This document shows positions 1 to 9,912 of a DNA stretch of 64,000 nt, one piece after another. How positions within the stretch are numbered: the first letter of the stretch is position 1; the number at the start of each line of letters is the position of its first letter. Origin of the DNA: Aulosira sp. ZfuVER01 (lineage in GTDB: Bacteria; Cyanobacteriota; Cyanobacteriia; Cyanobacteriales; Nostocaceae); the NCBI GenBank assembly GCA_034530615.2, contig JAVRCV020000004.1, positions 32,001 to 96,000 on the forward strand. The letters run 5' to 3'. The position numbers and the translations under genes were made by a program. The notes under the pieces were generated by a model, which saw only the letters and a program-made list of their open reading frames with translations, searched no databases and was not told the origin of the DNA.

Positions 1-1
1 C

Positions 2-172
2 GGTGATGCTGTTAGAGTTTTGCAGCGGCTGTTATTAATTAATCGCTACTCTATTAAAGTTGATGGCGTTTTTGGTGCATTAACAGAGACAGCTGTCAAA
101 GCTTTTCAAAACCAGAGAAATTTAAAGGCAGATGGAGTAGTCGGGACTCGAACTTGGCGAGAGTTAACATAA
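2..172 (+). CDS. Peptidoglycan-binding domain protein, 3' fragment (truncated by window start)
   Basis: Manual translation GDAVRVLQRLLLINRYSIKVDGVFGALTETAVKAFQNQRNLKADGVVGTRTWRELT*; PG_binding_1 pattern (DGxFGxxTxxAVKAFQ...DGxVGxxTW). Confidence 0.85.
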   Translation, partial: GDAVRVLQRLLLINRYSIKVDGVFGALTETAVKAFQNQRNLKADGVVGTRTWRELT

Positions 173-606
173 GTTACAATCGAGAATTACTTATTAGTAA
201 TCAATACTATTTGTTAGCTAATCTATGCTCCAGATTGCTACTCTACGGAAAGCGTTTAGAAAAACTGGGATGCATTCGTATCCAAAAGTTGAAATGCCAA
301 CAGTAACCCTCAAGTAGCTGTATGTTAATAATTATAAAATTTATAAAGTCTTCAGTCTAACGGCTAAGTTTTAAGTATTGTTTATCAAATAGTCAAACAA
401 TTTTAAATTTGAGATTGACAATCAAATCCATAAAAACTTTAGGGACATAATAATGTTGTGTCCTTAGCATATTTTGTATCTAAAAATAACAATTTTTTGC
501 TAATAAATCATTACACAAATTTTTTATTTATTCCTATGCATTATTCCGGAATAATATCAATTCACGGTGTCAAAAGGAATAGCGGTGTTAGTACAAAGAA
601 CTATAA

Positions 607-1119
607 ATGAGTGAAATTGGCCTGCTGATGACAGGCGTGTTAACAACAGGACAACCATCTTTACCCGATTTACCGGAGCAGCAACCGCTTTATCTAGAAA
701 ATAGCGAGCAAAATTTTATACAGGGTCAGTTATCTCATCTAGTTCCAACTGCTCAAATTACACCACCAGAATTTATGGAAACAGATGGAACTCCCCTGGC
801 TAGCCCGTTATCTATTGATTCTAATCAAGAAAATCAAGAGCGATCGCCGCATTCTGGATCTCTCATAGCCAAAAACTTAATCGCCAAAGCCAGAGTCCAA
901 AATGATAATAGCTCGACTTTGCCAACTATACGTTTTGGTAGCTCAGGCGTAATCGTCAGAGTCTTGCAAAGGCTGTTAGTTTCTCATGGCTATGGGATAC
1001 GAATTGACGGAGCATTTGGCCCCTTAACAGAAGCGGCTGTCAAAGCATTTCAAAATCGGCATAATATAGCGGTAGATGGAATAGTTGGTCAAAGAACCTG
1101 GCGAGAGTTAACAATTTAA
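607..1119 (+). CDS. Peptidoglycan-binding domain protein
   Basis: C-terminal VRVLQRLL...DGAFGPLTEAAVKAFQ...DGIVGQRTW; low-complexity N-terminus. Confidence 0.85.
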   Translation: MSEIGLLMTGVLTTGQPSLPDLPEQQPLYLENSEQNFIQGQLSHLVPTAQITPPEFMETDGTPLASPLSIDSNQENQERSPHSGSLIAKNLIAKARVQNDNSSTLPTIRFGSSGVIVRVLQRLLVSHGYGIRIDGAFGPLTEAAVKAFQNRHNIAVDGIVGQRTWRELTI

Positions 1120-1160
1120 TAGGAATCCGCTGTGTCTCTGTGATTAATTGAAGAAGGCAG

Positions 1161-1320
1161 AAGGCAGAGGGCAGAAGGTTTTGTACATTCGGGGATTCCA
1201 ACCCCTCTTGAACAAGAGCCACCAAATTGAAAATTTGATAGGGGTCTTAAACCCTTACTCCCTTTTGTTGTAGCAGAGGGCAGGAATCAAAATTCCCTTT
1301 TGCCTCCTGCCCTCTGCCTT
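1161..1320. repeat. MITE-like palindromic element bounded by STRR-type inverted repeats
   Basis: AAGGCAGAGGGCAGAAGG (1161-1178) vs CCTCCTGCCCTCTGCCTT (1303-1320), 17/18 inverted match; internal GGGG..CCCC hairpins; outer CTGTG/CACAG repeats. Confidence 0.65.
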
Positions 1321-1450
1321 TCCCGATAAATAACCGATAAAGCACAGAGGCACAGAGGTCACAGAAAATATTTCAAAAATTAAATATAAATCCTATATTA
1401 GGATAATATATTTTCTAGTTTATCTAGATAACTAGCATTTTTAAATATAT

Positions 1451-2323
1451 ATGAAAAGATTGCTAATTACAGGAGCTAGTGGTTTCTTAGGATGGCATAT
1501 TTGCCAGTTAGCAAAATTAGAATGGGAAGTTTATGGTACTTATTTTTCTCATTCTCTAGCAATACCTGGCGTTAAGATGGTGAAAGTTAATTTGACAGTT
1601 TATCAAGAATTAAAAGATATCTTTAATCAAATTAATCCCGCCGCAGTAATTCATACGGCTGCTCATTCTCAGCCTAACTTTTGTCAAACTCATCCCCAAG
1701 AATCATACACAATTAATGTCACATCATCCTGTAATATAGCCGGACTCTGTGCTGATGATGCAATTCCCTGTGCATTTACATCAACCGACTTAGTTTTTGA
1801 TGGTTTAAATGCTCCCTATAAAGAAACAGATGCAGTGTGTCCTGTAAGTATTTATGGTGAGCAAAAAGTTAAAGCTGAAGTAGGTATGTTAGAAAGATAT
1901 CCTAATACCGCAGTCTGTCGAATGCCATTGATGTTTGGTATGGCTACACCCAGTGCAAAAAGCTTTATTCAACCATTTATTGAAACCTTGCAAGCAGGTA
2001 AAGAACTAAATTTATTTATAGATGAATTCCGCACACCAGTAAGTGGAATAACTGCTGCTAAAGGACTATTACTAGCCTTAGAGAAAGTGCAAGGATTGAT
2101 TCATCTAGGTGGGAAAGAAAGAATTTCTCGTTACGATTTTGGTAAGCTATTAGTAGAGATATTTCAAATTTCTGAAGCGAAACTTCAAGGTTGCCGACAA
2201 CAAGATGTAAAAATGGCAGCGCCTAGACCAGCAGATGTATCTTTGGATAGTTCCAAAGCCTTTGCGTTAGGATATCAACCTTTATCTTTAAAAGAAGAAT
2301 TGGCAGCATTAGTCAATAGTTAA
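1451..2323 (+). CDS. NAD(P)-dependent oxidoreductase, RmlD (dTDP-4-dehydrorhamnose reductase)-like extended SDR
   Basis: TGASGFLG, STDLVFDG, YGEQK (YxxxK), RP.DVSLD motifs. Confidence 0.85.
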   Translation: MKRLLITGASGFLGWHICQLAKLEWEVYGTYFSHSLAIPGVKMVKVNLTVYQELKDIFNQINPAAVIHTAAHSQPNFCQTHPQESYTINVTSSCNIAGLCADDAIPCAFTSTDLVFDGLNAPYKETDAVCPVSIYGEQKVKAEVGMLERYPNTAVCRMPLMFGMATPSAKSFIQPFIETLQAGKELNLFIDEFRTPVSGITAAKGLLLALEKVQGLIHLGGKERISRYDFGKLLVEIFQISEAKLQGCRQQDVKMAAPRPADVSLDSSKAFALGYQPLSLKEELAALVNS

Positions 2324-2348
2324 AATCTTGATTGCAAAAATTGAACAA

Positions 2349-2459
2349 GGGAGCATCCCACTTTTTTGAGTGGTGCTAAAGTACTAATTGTCAAACCATC
2401 CATTCTGCGGAGATTAAGTTTTTATTCTCTAGCCGCAAAATAAAAACTGGGATGCACCC
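2349..2459. repeat. Small element with terminal inverted repeats (MITE-like)
   Basis: GGGAGCATCCCACTTTTT ... AAAAACTGGGATGCACCC, 16/18 inverted match; a solo end AAAAACTGGGATGCA also at 260-274. Confidence 0.55.
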
Positions 2460-2553
2460 ATTGAACAATAGCATTTTGAAACTGATCGTTTTTATTCTAG
2501 AAATGGGAAAGATATTAAGTAAGTTGTGATAGAAGATATATTTTACGGTCAAT

Positions 2554-3549
2554 ATGGTGTCTACCAATGTACTTGATCTCGCTAAACAAGGCAATGCCGA
2601 TGCAATCGCAAGTCTCATTAACGATCAATTGCAATCTCAAGGCATAACTGCCAAAGTTACTTTACAAGATAATTGCATATATGTGCTGTTAGAATCAGCA
2701 ACATTACCTCAGCAACAAACCCTAGCACCTTTTGTTTTCCAAAGAATAATTAAGCTAGCTATAGAAATAGCAGACTCACTTCAAATTTATGGGAGAAAAA
2801 CGAGTGAAAAACGCCCTAGTTGGAGTCAAGTTTACTCATTAAGCGAAGCAAAACCTTATTTAGAAGATAGGTTGACAATTAATACTCAAGACATAACGAC
2901 AGAAGTTACATCATCAACCCAAATCAACAATCTAGACCAAGTTTCTGTTTCTGGAAGTTTAGATACCATTGCGACTCATCTTAATCGCGTTCTGGTAGAT
3001 GAAAAAGTGAACATAGAAATTATTCCAAAAGACAAACTGCTTAAGATTATTGCAGAAACCGATCGCGTTTTAGATGGATCTATTTTTGCAGAACGTATTT
3101 ATCAAGAATTGAAAAATTTTAATCTCAGCGAGTTTGAAACTATGGAGATTTATAAAAAGAAACTTAAGAGTGGACAATGTTTTCGACTTAAAGCTTTTGT
3201 GCTGACTAGTTCAGAACAGGAAACTTCGGAACCAGAAAATCTAAAAGCACCAATAACTCACACACAAAGAGTCCCTACTACACCGCAGAAAACTAATCAA
3301 CTTAAACCGCATTCTCAAAAAGGTAAGAAACCAAAATTTAGAGTTGGTCGTATTTTAGGTGTTGTAGGAATTGTGATAATTGCTGCATTTATAATTATCA
3401 AATTATTAAAACGAATAATTATACTTGTGCTTCTATCTCCTGCCTTAGGTAGCTTCAGTGTCATCTTTAGTATTTTCTTTTTATGGCGAAGTTACCCCTT
3501 TTTAATGCTTCTTTTTCAACAGTTACTCAATTTACTAGTAGAAGAATAA
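2554..3549 (+). CDS. Hypothetical membrane protein with a duplicated N-terminal domain and C-terminal TM helices
   Basis: 331-aa ORF; N-terminal LAKQGNADAIASLIN...LQIYGRK module repeated; two hydrophobic C-terminal segments. Confidence 0.7.
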   Translation: MVSTNVLDLAKQGNADAIASLINDQLQSQGITAKVTLQDNCIYVLLESATLPQQQTLAPFVFQRIIKLAIEIADSLQIYGRKTSEKRPSWSQVYSLSEAKPYLEDRLTINTQDITTEVTSSTQINNLDQVSVSGSLDTIATHLNRVLVDEKVNIEIIPKDKLLKIIAETDRVLDGSIFAERIYQELKNFNLSEFETMEIYKKKLKSGQCFRLKAFVLTSSEQETSEPENLKAPITHTQRVPTTPQKTNQLKPHSQKGKKPKFRVGRILGVVGIVIIAAFIIIKLLKRIIILVLLSPALGSFSVIFSIFFLWRSYPFLMLLFQQLLNLLVEE

Positions 3550-3585
3550 ACTTCTTGCAAATACCTCGCAGTATAATAAATAAAA

Positions 3586-3613
3586 TCACGCAAAGGCGCA
3601 AAGTCTTTGCGTG
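3586..3613. terminator. Hairpin between convergent genes
   Basis: CACGCAAAG...CTTTGCGTG inverted repeat. Confidence 0.5.
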
Positions 3614-3642
3614 AAATTTAAAGAGATATTTTTTATTGCTAC

Positions 3643-6603
3643 CTATTGCTGTGAATAAGCTTCGATTGGCAGACAAGAACAAACAAAATTCCTGTCGCCA
3701 AAAGCAGCATCAATTCTACCTACAGCAGGCCAGAATTTATGTTCGCGAGTCCAAGGTGCGGGGTAGGCAGCTTGTTCGCGAGAATAGGGATGAGTCCATT
3801 CACCAGTAATTAGGCTTTCGGCAGTATGGGGGGCATTTTTCAAGAGATTATCTTGAGCATCCACTTTGCCTAATTCAATTTCGGCAATTTCTTGGCGAAT
3901 CGCAATCAAAGTGTCACAGAAACGATCTAATTCTTCTTTAGATTCGCTTTCTGTTGGTTCCACCATGATTGTACCTGCTACAGGCCAAGAGACTGTGGGC
4001 GCGTGGAAGCCGTAATCCATTAGCCGCTTGGCAACATCATCAATTTCGATACCCGCAGATTTTTTGAGCGATCGCAAATCTAAAATACATTCATGAGCAA
4101 CTAGACCATTTTTGCCTTGATACAACACGGGATAATACTGCTCAAGTCGCTTGGCGATATAGTTGGCGTTGAGAATTGCTACTTTTGTTGCTTCCGTCAA
4201 ACCAGCCGCACCCATCATGGCAATATACATCCAAGAAATTACCAGGATGCTAGCACTACCCCAAGGCGCAGCAGCTACCGCACCAATGTGGGAGTGCTGA
4301 GTACTGAGTTGTGAGTGCTGAGTAGATTTGTTGATAGAGACAACAGGGTGTCCAGGTAAAAATGGCACTAGATGGGAAGCCACGCCAATTGGCCCCATAC
4401 CAGGGCCGCCGCCACCATGAGGAATACAGAAGGTTTTGTGTAGGTTTAGGTGACAGACATCCGCGCCAATATCTCCGGGACGACAAATTCCCACTTGAGC
4501 GTTCATATTCGCCCCATCCATGTAAACTTGTCCGCCGTGTTTATGAACTACAGCACAGATTTCTTGTATGGCTTCCTCGAAGACACCATGAGTTGAGGGA
4601 TATGTCACCATCAAGGCGGCGAGTTCATGACTATGTTTTTCCGCTTTCGCCTTAAGATCGTCAAGGTCAACATTACCTTGTAAGTCACAAGCAACTGCGA
4701 CAACTTTCATCCCACACATCACCGCACTAGCTGGGTTGGTTCCGTGTGCTGAGGTCGGAATCAAACAGACATTGCGGTGTGCTTCTCCACGGCTTTCGTG
4801 ATACTGATGAATCACTAAAAGTCCGGCGTATTCGCCTTGAGAACCAGCATTTGGTTGTAGGGAAATGCCCGCAAACCCAGTAATTTCTGCTAACCACGCC
4901 TCAAGCTGCTGGAAGAGGATTTGATAACCCAGCGTTTGCGATGAAGGCGCAAATGGATGAATATTACCAAATTCTTCCCAGGTAACAGGTATCATCTCTG
5001 CTGTGGCGTTTAACTTCATCGTGCAAGAACCCAAAGGAATCATCGATGTAGTTAAAGACAAGTCCTTAGTTTCTAGCTTGTGTAGATAACGCAGTAACTC
5101 AGTTTCGGAGTGATAGCGGTTAAAAACGGGATGAGTGAGGTAACTGCTGGTACGAGCAAAAGTTGAGTTTTGTAATGGCGATCGCTGGTTCGAGGCGATC
5201 GCATCTGCAATTTCTTTAAAATCAAAATCAAGGCGATCCGAAAGAGCAAAAATCTGCCAAAGTTCTATTAAATCATCTACTGTAGTTGTCTCATCTAAGG
5301 AGATACCTACCGCAGTTTCATCAGAAATTCGTAAATTAATATTGCTTGCTTGGGAACCTGCAAGAATTTTTTCTAACTTACCTGTTCCCAACTCCACCCG
5401 CAACGTATCAAAGTAAGGTTCAGAACTGATGCTGTAACCCAGACGCTTTAATCCTGCTGCCAAGATTAAAGTTAGCTGATGGATATTCTCGGCAATATTC
5501 TTCAATCCAGCCGGGCCATGATAGACAGCGTACATACTGGCCATCACAGCCAATAGTACTTGTGCAGTGCAAATATTACTTGTGGCTTTTTCCCTACGGA
5601 TGTGTTGTTCGCGAGTTTGTAAAGCTAGACGTAATGCTGGTTTACCCTGAGCATCTTTCGATACACCAACAATTCGCCCTGGAACTTGCCGCTTATACTC
5701 TTCCTTAGTAGCAAAGTATGCCGCATGAGGGCCACCAAATCCCAAGGGAATACCAAAGCGCTGAGTACTACCAATCGCAATATCAGCACCAAATTCACCA
5801 GGTGGTGTCAGTAAAGTTAAGCTTAAAGGATCTGCTGCTACCGTTACCAATGCACCCTCAGCATGGGCCTTTTCTATAAAAGCGCGGTAGTCGTAAATAG
5901 TGCCATCACTAGCAGGGTATTGCAGAATTGCTCCAAAAATCGGTTGAGCAAAATCAAAGGTTTGATGGTCAGCAATAATAATGCTTATCCCCAGAGGTTT
6001 AGCCCGTGTTTGCAACACATCAATGGTTTGGGGATGGCACTCACGAGAAACAAAATAGGCATTTGCTTTATTTTTGCAAACACCATAGCTTAAGCTCATG
6101 GCTTCTGCTGCGGCTGTGGCTTCATCAAGTAAGGAAGCATTGGCGATTTCCAAACCTGTCAAGTCAATAATTAGAGTCTGGAAATTTAGCAGCGCTTCCA
6201 AACGTCCTTGAGCAATTTCTGGCTGATAGGGGGTGTAAGCAGTATACCAACCGGGGTTTTCCAGGATATTACGCTGGATCACAGGTGGCGTGATGCAATC
6301 GTAATATCCCATCCCAATGAATGAACGGAATACCTGATTTTTCTCAGCAATTTTTTTTAATTGACCCAGTGCTGCGTACTCAGTTTGCGCCTCTGGTAAT
6401 TTTAGTGCTTCTTTCAGCCGAATTCCTTGAGGCACTGTTTTGTCGATCAGCGCATCCAGGCTGGGAAGGCCTAAGACACCAAGCATTTGCTGAATGTCAT
6501 CAGAGTTAGGCCCAATATGCCTTTGTATAAAATTATTTAAATTATGCTTCCTTTGGTCTAAGATTTGGCGATCGCTAGACTTGGGAATAGGGGCTTTTAC
6601 CAC
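3643..6603 (-). CDS. gcvP: Glycine dehydrogenase (decarboxylating), P protein
   Basis: [34 protein letters not shown] (PLP lysine), GDRNFVCSC. Confidence 0.98.
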   Translation of the reverse strand: MVKAPIPKSSDRQILDQRKHNLNNFIQRHIGPNSDDIQQMLGVLGLPSLDALIDKTVPQGIRLKEALKLPEAQTEYAALGQLKKIAEKNQVFRSFIGMGYYDCITPPVIQRNILENPGWYTAYTPYQPEIAQGRLEALLNFQTLIIDLTGLEIANASLLDEATAAAEAMSLSYGVCKNKANAYFVSRECHPQTIDVLQTRAKPLGISIIIADHQTFDFAQPIFGAILQYPASDGTIYDYRAFIEKAHAEGALVTVAADPLSLTLLTPPGEFGADIAIGSTQRFGIPLGFGGPHAAYFATKEEYKRQVPGRIVGVSKDAQGKPALRLALQTREQHIRREKATSNICTAQVLLAVMASMYAVYHGPAGLKNIAENIHQLTLILAAGLKRLGYSISSEPYFDTLRVELGTGKLEKILAGSQASNINLRISDETAVGISLDETTTVDDLIELWQIFALSDRLDFDFKEIADAIASNQRSPLQNSTFARTSSYLTHPVFNRYHSETELLRYLHKLETKDLSLTTSMIPLGSCTMKLNATAEMIPVTWEEFGNIHPFAPSSQTLGYQILFQQLEAWLAEITGFAGISLQPNAGSQGEYAGLLVIHQYHESRGEAHRNVCLIPTSAHGTNPASAVMCGMKVVAVACDLQGNVDLDDLKAKAEKHSHELAALMVTYPSTHGVFEEAIQEICAVVHKHGGQVYMDGANMNAQVGICRPGDIGADVCHLNLHKTFCIPHGGGGPGMGPIGVASHLVPFLPGHPVVSINKSTQHSQLSTQHSHIGAVAAAPWGSASILVISWMYIAMMGAAGLTEATKVAILNANYIAKRLEQYYPVLYQGKNGLVAHECILDLRSLKKSAGIEIDDVAKRLMDYGFHAPTVSWPVAGTIMVEPTESESKEELDRFCDTLIAIRQEIAEIELGKVDAQDNLLKNAPHTAESLITGEWTHPYSREQAAYPAPWTREHKFWPAVGRIDAAFGDRNFVCSCLPIEAYSQQ

Positions 6604-6649
6604 AAATTGCTCTCCCGATGGAACTATTTAATATTTTGCAATAAATATA

Positions 6650-6810
6650 AGGTATTGGGCATGGGAAATGGGGCATCAGGCATTTGTCAAGAGTTTAGAG
6701 TCGAAAGCCAAGGGTCAAGGGTCATTAGTCATTGGTTCTTACTTATTTCCCCCTTGTCTCCCCACACTCCCCACACTCCCTCATTCCCCTGCTCCCTGCC
6801 CCCTGCCTCC
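6650..6810. repeat. STRR heptamer tracts between gcvH and gcvP
   Basis: TGGGCA-, CCCCACACT- and CCCCTGC-type short tandem repeats. Confidence 0.7.
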
Positions 6811-6813
6811 TTA

Positions 6814-7206
6814 CTACTCCCCTTCCACCTGGGCGCGATACTCGTCTGCACTTAAGGCATCATCGATTTCATCGGGGTCATTGACGCGAACTTTCAGGAA
6901 CCACGCCTCGCCATAGGGGTCTTCTGCGACTTGTTCTGGAGACTCAATCAATTCATCATTGCGTTCGATAACTGTGCCAGTAACTGGCGAATTCAGGTCT
7001 TCGACAGCTTTGACTGATTCAATCGAGCCAAAGGTATCCCCCTTAGTAATTGCATCGCCAATTTCTGGCAATTCCAAGAAGACAACATCACCTAATTGAT
7101 CTACGGCAAATTCGGTAATGCCAATGGTAGCAATTTCACCTTCTAACCGCACGTATTCATGAGTATCCAGGTATTTCAAATCCTGAGGATATTCAAAAGA
7201 AGACAT
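6814..7206 (-). CDS. gcvH: Glycine cleavage system H protein
   Basis: [22 protein letters not shown] lipoyl lysine, DPYGEAW. Confidence 0.98.
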   Translation of the reverse strand: MSSFEYPQDLKYLDTHEYVRLEGEIATIGITEFAVDQLGDVVFLELPEIGDAITKGDTFGSIESVKAVEDLNSPVTGTVIERNDELIESPEQVAEDPYGEAWFLKVRVNDPDEIDDALSADEYRAQVEGE

Positions 7207-7409
7207 ATTCTTTCCCTCTCCACATCAAAAAATTGTTGCCTCAAGATTGATCCAAGGCATATCTGGTAATTAACAATATCATTCCGCAAAACCTTAGCAA
7301 TTATTTAGGTTCTTTGTCCTTGGTCATTTGTCATTTGTGTTGATAAATGACCAATGACAAATGACGGATGACAGTCTTGACGATAAAAATGCAACATCTA
7401 GGTGCGTTC

Positions 7410-8549
7410 TTAGTTAGCGACTCGATTTTTTGACCGATAAAAAGGTCGTTTAACCACATTTGTTGGGTAAGCTTTACCGCGAATTTCCACTTCTAGTTGC
7501 TGACCTGTAGTGGCTAGCTGGGAAGGGACGTAAGCTAAGGCAATGGGATAACCGAGTGTAGGTGATAGTGTACCACTGGTAACTTCCCCTACTACTCTAC
7601 CTGAAGATAATACTTGATACCCATGACGAGCAATATTCCTGCCTGGCATTTGCAAACCTACTAGCCGACGCTGCACACCCGCCGCTTTTTGCTGTTCTAA
7701 AACTGTACGACCAATAAAATCACCCTTGGTATCTAAGTGAACTAGCCATCCCAAACCAGCTTCTAAGGGGGTGGTGCTGTCATCGATATCTTGCCCGTAA
7801 AGCGCCATTGCTGCTTCTAATCTGAGGGTATCTCTAGCACCCAGTCCACAGGGAACCACACCAGCATCATAAAGACGTTGCCACAATTCTACGCCTACCT
7901 CTGGATCGACCATGACCTCAAATCCATCTTCGCCGGTATAACCTGTGCGAGCGAGGAAGCCTGTCTTTCCTAGTACTAGTGCTTGGAGGTGTCCAAAGGC
8001 TTTAATTGGGTTTAAATCTGCTTCCACAAACAGCTGGAGAGAATTAATGGCTTTTGGCCCTTGTACAGCAATTAAAACTTTGTCTTTTGACAAGTCTTGA
8101 AATTCAACTGCATTCAGGTCAAGGTGTTGCAATAACCAAGCTTTATCTTTACCTGTGGTTGCCGCATTGACAATAATCGCTGCCTTTTGTTTACCAGTGG
8201 TGTCTTCACCTTGGTAATAAACAATAATGTCGTCAATAATTCCACCCTGAGGATTTAACAATACTGTGTATTGCGCTTGACCAGGTTTTAAGCGGCTTAA
8301 ATCTGAGGGTACTAAAACCTGAAGCTGAGAAAGTAGGTTTCCACCTTGGAGAGTAAATTTACCCATGTGGGAAATATCGAACATACCTGCTGTATTTCTT
8401 ACAGCCTCGTGTTCCCGGCTAATGCCAGTAAACTGCACCGGCATTTCCCAACCACCAAAGCTGGTGAGGCGGGCCCTGAGTTCTATAGCTATTTGATATA
8501 AAGGAGTTCGGGCCAAAGATTGGGCGTTTTCTGATTCTTGATTAGCCAC
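7410..8549 (-). CDS. gcvT: Aminomethyltransferase, glycine cleavage T protein
   Basis: FDISHMG, RTGYTGEDGFE, GLGARDTLRLEA; adjacent to gcvH/gcvP. Confidence 0.98.
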   Translation of the reverse strand: MANQESENAQSLARTPLYQIAIELRARLTSFGGWEMPVQFTGISREHEAVRNTAGMFDISHMGKFTLQGGNLLSQLQVLVPSDLSRLKPGQAQYTVLLNPQGGIIDDIIVYYQGEDTTGKQKAAIIVNAATTGKDKAWLLQHLDLNAVEFQDLSKDKVLIAVQGPKAINSLQLFVEADLNPIKAFGHLQALVLGKTGFLARTGYTGEDGFEVMVDPEVGVELWQRLYDAGVVPCGLGARDTLRLEAAMALYGQDIDDSTTPLEAGLGWLVHLDTKGDFIGRTVLEQQKAAGVQRRLVGLQMPGRNIARHGYQVLSSGRVVGEVTSGTLSPTLGYPIALAYVPSQLATTGQQLEVEIRGKAYPTNVVKRPFYRSKNRVAN

Positions 8550-8703
8550 AGCTATTTTTGCTTTCGCGATCGCACTTCAACATCTATCCTACGAGATTAG
8601 GCAAGGCTGAAAATTTCATACCTCAACTTTCACACTTAATACTTCAGTACAGTGCGGTTTAATAGTTAAAGGTGTAAATGTTGAGATTTATTAAGCAAAA
8701 ATT

Positions 8704-9198
8704 ATGAAGTATGGACAACTACTAGCTAGCTTTGTCTTAGCTATGGTTCTTTTTTTGTTTCCCCTATCAGCGCAAGCTGCAAGTTCTTCCAGCATTACCC
8801 GTTCTGCTGGCGACGAACTCAAAGGTAAAGATTACTCTGGACAAAGTCTCATTGGCAGCGAATTTACCAATGTTAATTTAGACAACGCTAATTTTAGCAA
8901 TGCTGACCTCCGTGGCGGCGTATTCAACGGTACGGTTTTACAAGGAGTCAATCTACATGGTGTCGATTTTAGTAATGGCATCGCCTATTTAGCAAAATTT
9001 AGAGGTGCTGATTTAAGCGATGCCGTCTTAACAGATGCCATGATGTTGCGTTCTACCTTCGATAATGTTGACATCACAGGCGCAGATTTTACCAATGCCG
9101 TCTTAGACGGGCCACAAGTTAAGAAACTTTGCGCTCAAGCCAGCGGCGTTAATCCTAAAACCGGCGTAGATACTCGCGAGTCTTTGGGTTGTAAGTAA
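8704..9198 (+). CDS. Secreted/lumenal pentapeptide repeat protein
   Basis: Signal peptide ending AQA; A(D/N)LxxA repeats; C-terminal LC...NPKTGVDTRESLGC. Confidence 0.9.
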   Translation: MKYGQLLASFVLAMVLFLFPLSAQAASSSSITRSAGDELKGKDYSGQSLIGSEFTNVNLDNANFSNADLRGGVFNGTVLQGVNLHGVDFSNGIAYLAKFRGADLSDAVLTDAMMLRSTFDNVDITGADFTNAVLDGPQVKKLCAQASGVNPKTGVDTRESLGCK

Positions 9199-9303
9199 AT
9201 GGGCATGGGGCATTGGGCATTGGGCATGGGGCATGGGATATTGGTTATTTCTCCGCGTCTCCGCGTCCCCTTGTCCCCCTTGTCCCCCTCATCTCCCTCA
9301 TCC
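9197..9303. repeat. STRR tracts (TGGGCAT / TCCCCTTG types)
   Basis: Tandem heptamer/nonamer repeats visible in sequence. Confidence 0.75.
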
Positions 9304-9604
9304 TCCGACACAGGGGTTTTTACTAAGTATTTTTTCCTACAAATGGGGTGGTTTCGAGGGAAACAATCACCCCAAAAACACAAAAAATCCTGAAATCTAT
9401 ATAAATTAATGGTTTCATATATCCACATCAGGCTACTACGCCTTAGAATGATTCATTGAAAAGTCGAGCCGACGGGATTTGCAGCCATTTTAAGTAAAAA
9501 TGCTCCCCAAGGATGACTTTTGTATTGCTGCAAACAGAGATTTCCGTAAGGAAACATCAAGTTGCATCTATGGTGAATCTGAAGTAAACCTTAAGGAGTT
9601 TGTC

Positions 9605-9889
9605 ATGAACAAAGGCGAATTAGTTGATGCCGTAGCTGAAAAGGCTAGTGTGACCAAAAAGCAAGCAGATGCAGTTCTGACTGCGGCTTTGGAAACAATC
9701 ATTGAAGCTGTTTCCTCTGGCGATAAGGTAACGCTGGTAGGATTTGGTTCGTTTGAATCACGGGAACGTAAAGCCCGTGAGGGTCGTAACCCCAAAACCA
9801 ATGAAAAGATGGAAATTCCTGCTACCAAGGTTCCGGCTTTCTCTGCTGGGAAGTTGTTTAGGGAAAAGGTTGCACCCCCAAAATCGTAG
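9605..9889 (+). CDS. hup: Histone-like DNA-binding protein HU
   Basis: MNKGELVDAVA...VGFGSF...RKAREGRNPKT; AAGGAG SD precedes ATG 9605. Confidence 0.97.
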   Translation: MNKGELVDAVAEKASVTKKQADAVLTAALETIIEAVSSGDKVTLVGFGSFESRERKAREGRNPKTNEKMEIPATKVPAFSAGKLFREKVAPPKS

Positions 9890-9912
9890 GTTCTGTTTCT
9901 AAGAACCTTGAT

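Noticed and set aside
6565..6916. ORFs across the gcvP-gcvH spacer (similarly 1040-1225, 9135-9428, 25324-25584)
   Set aside because: Derived from STRR heptamers (e.g. PHTPHTP, CPMPNAQ, LLPSAFCLL).
8550..8703. Glycine riboswitch upstream of gcvT; cobalamin riboswitch upstream of cobD
   Set aside because: No recognisable aptamer motifs; the spacer before cobD is only ~23 nt.
9500..9604. N-terminal extensions from the ORF track (HU, ispG, Ctp protease, grxC, gshB, WD40 protein, psbO)
   Set aside because: Downstream starts fit SD positions and/or family N-termini better.
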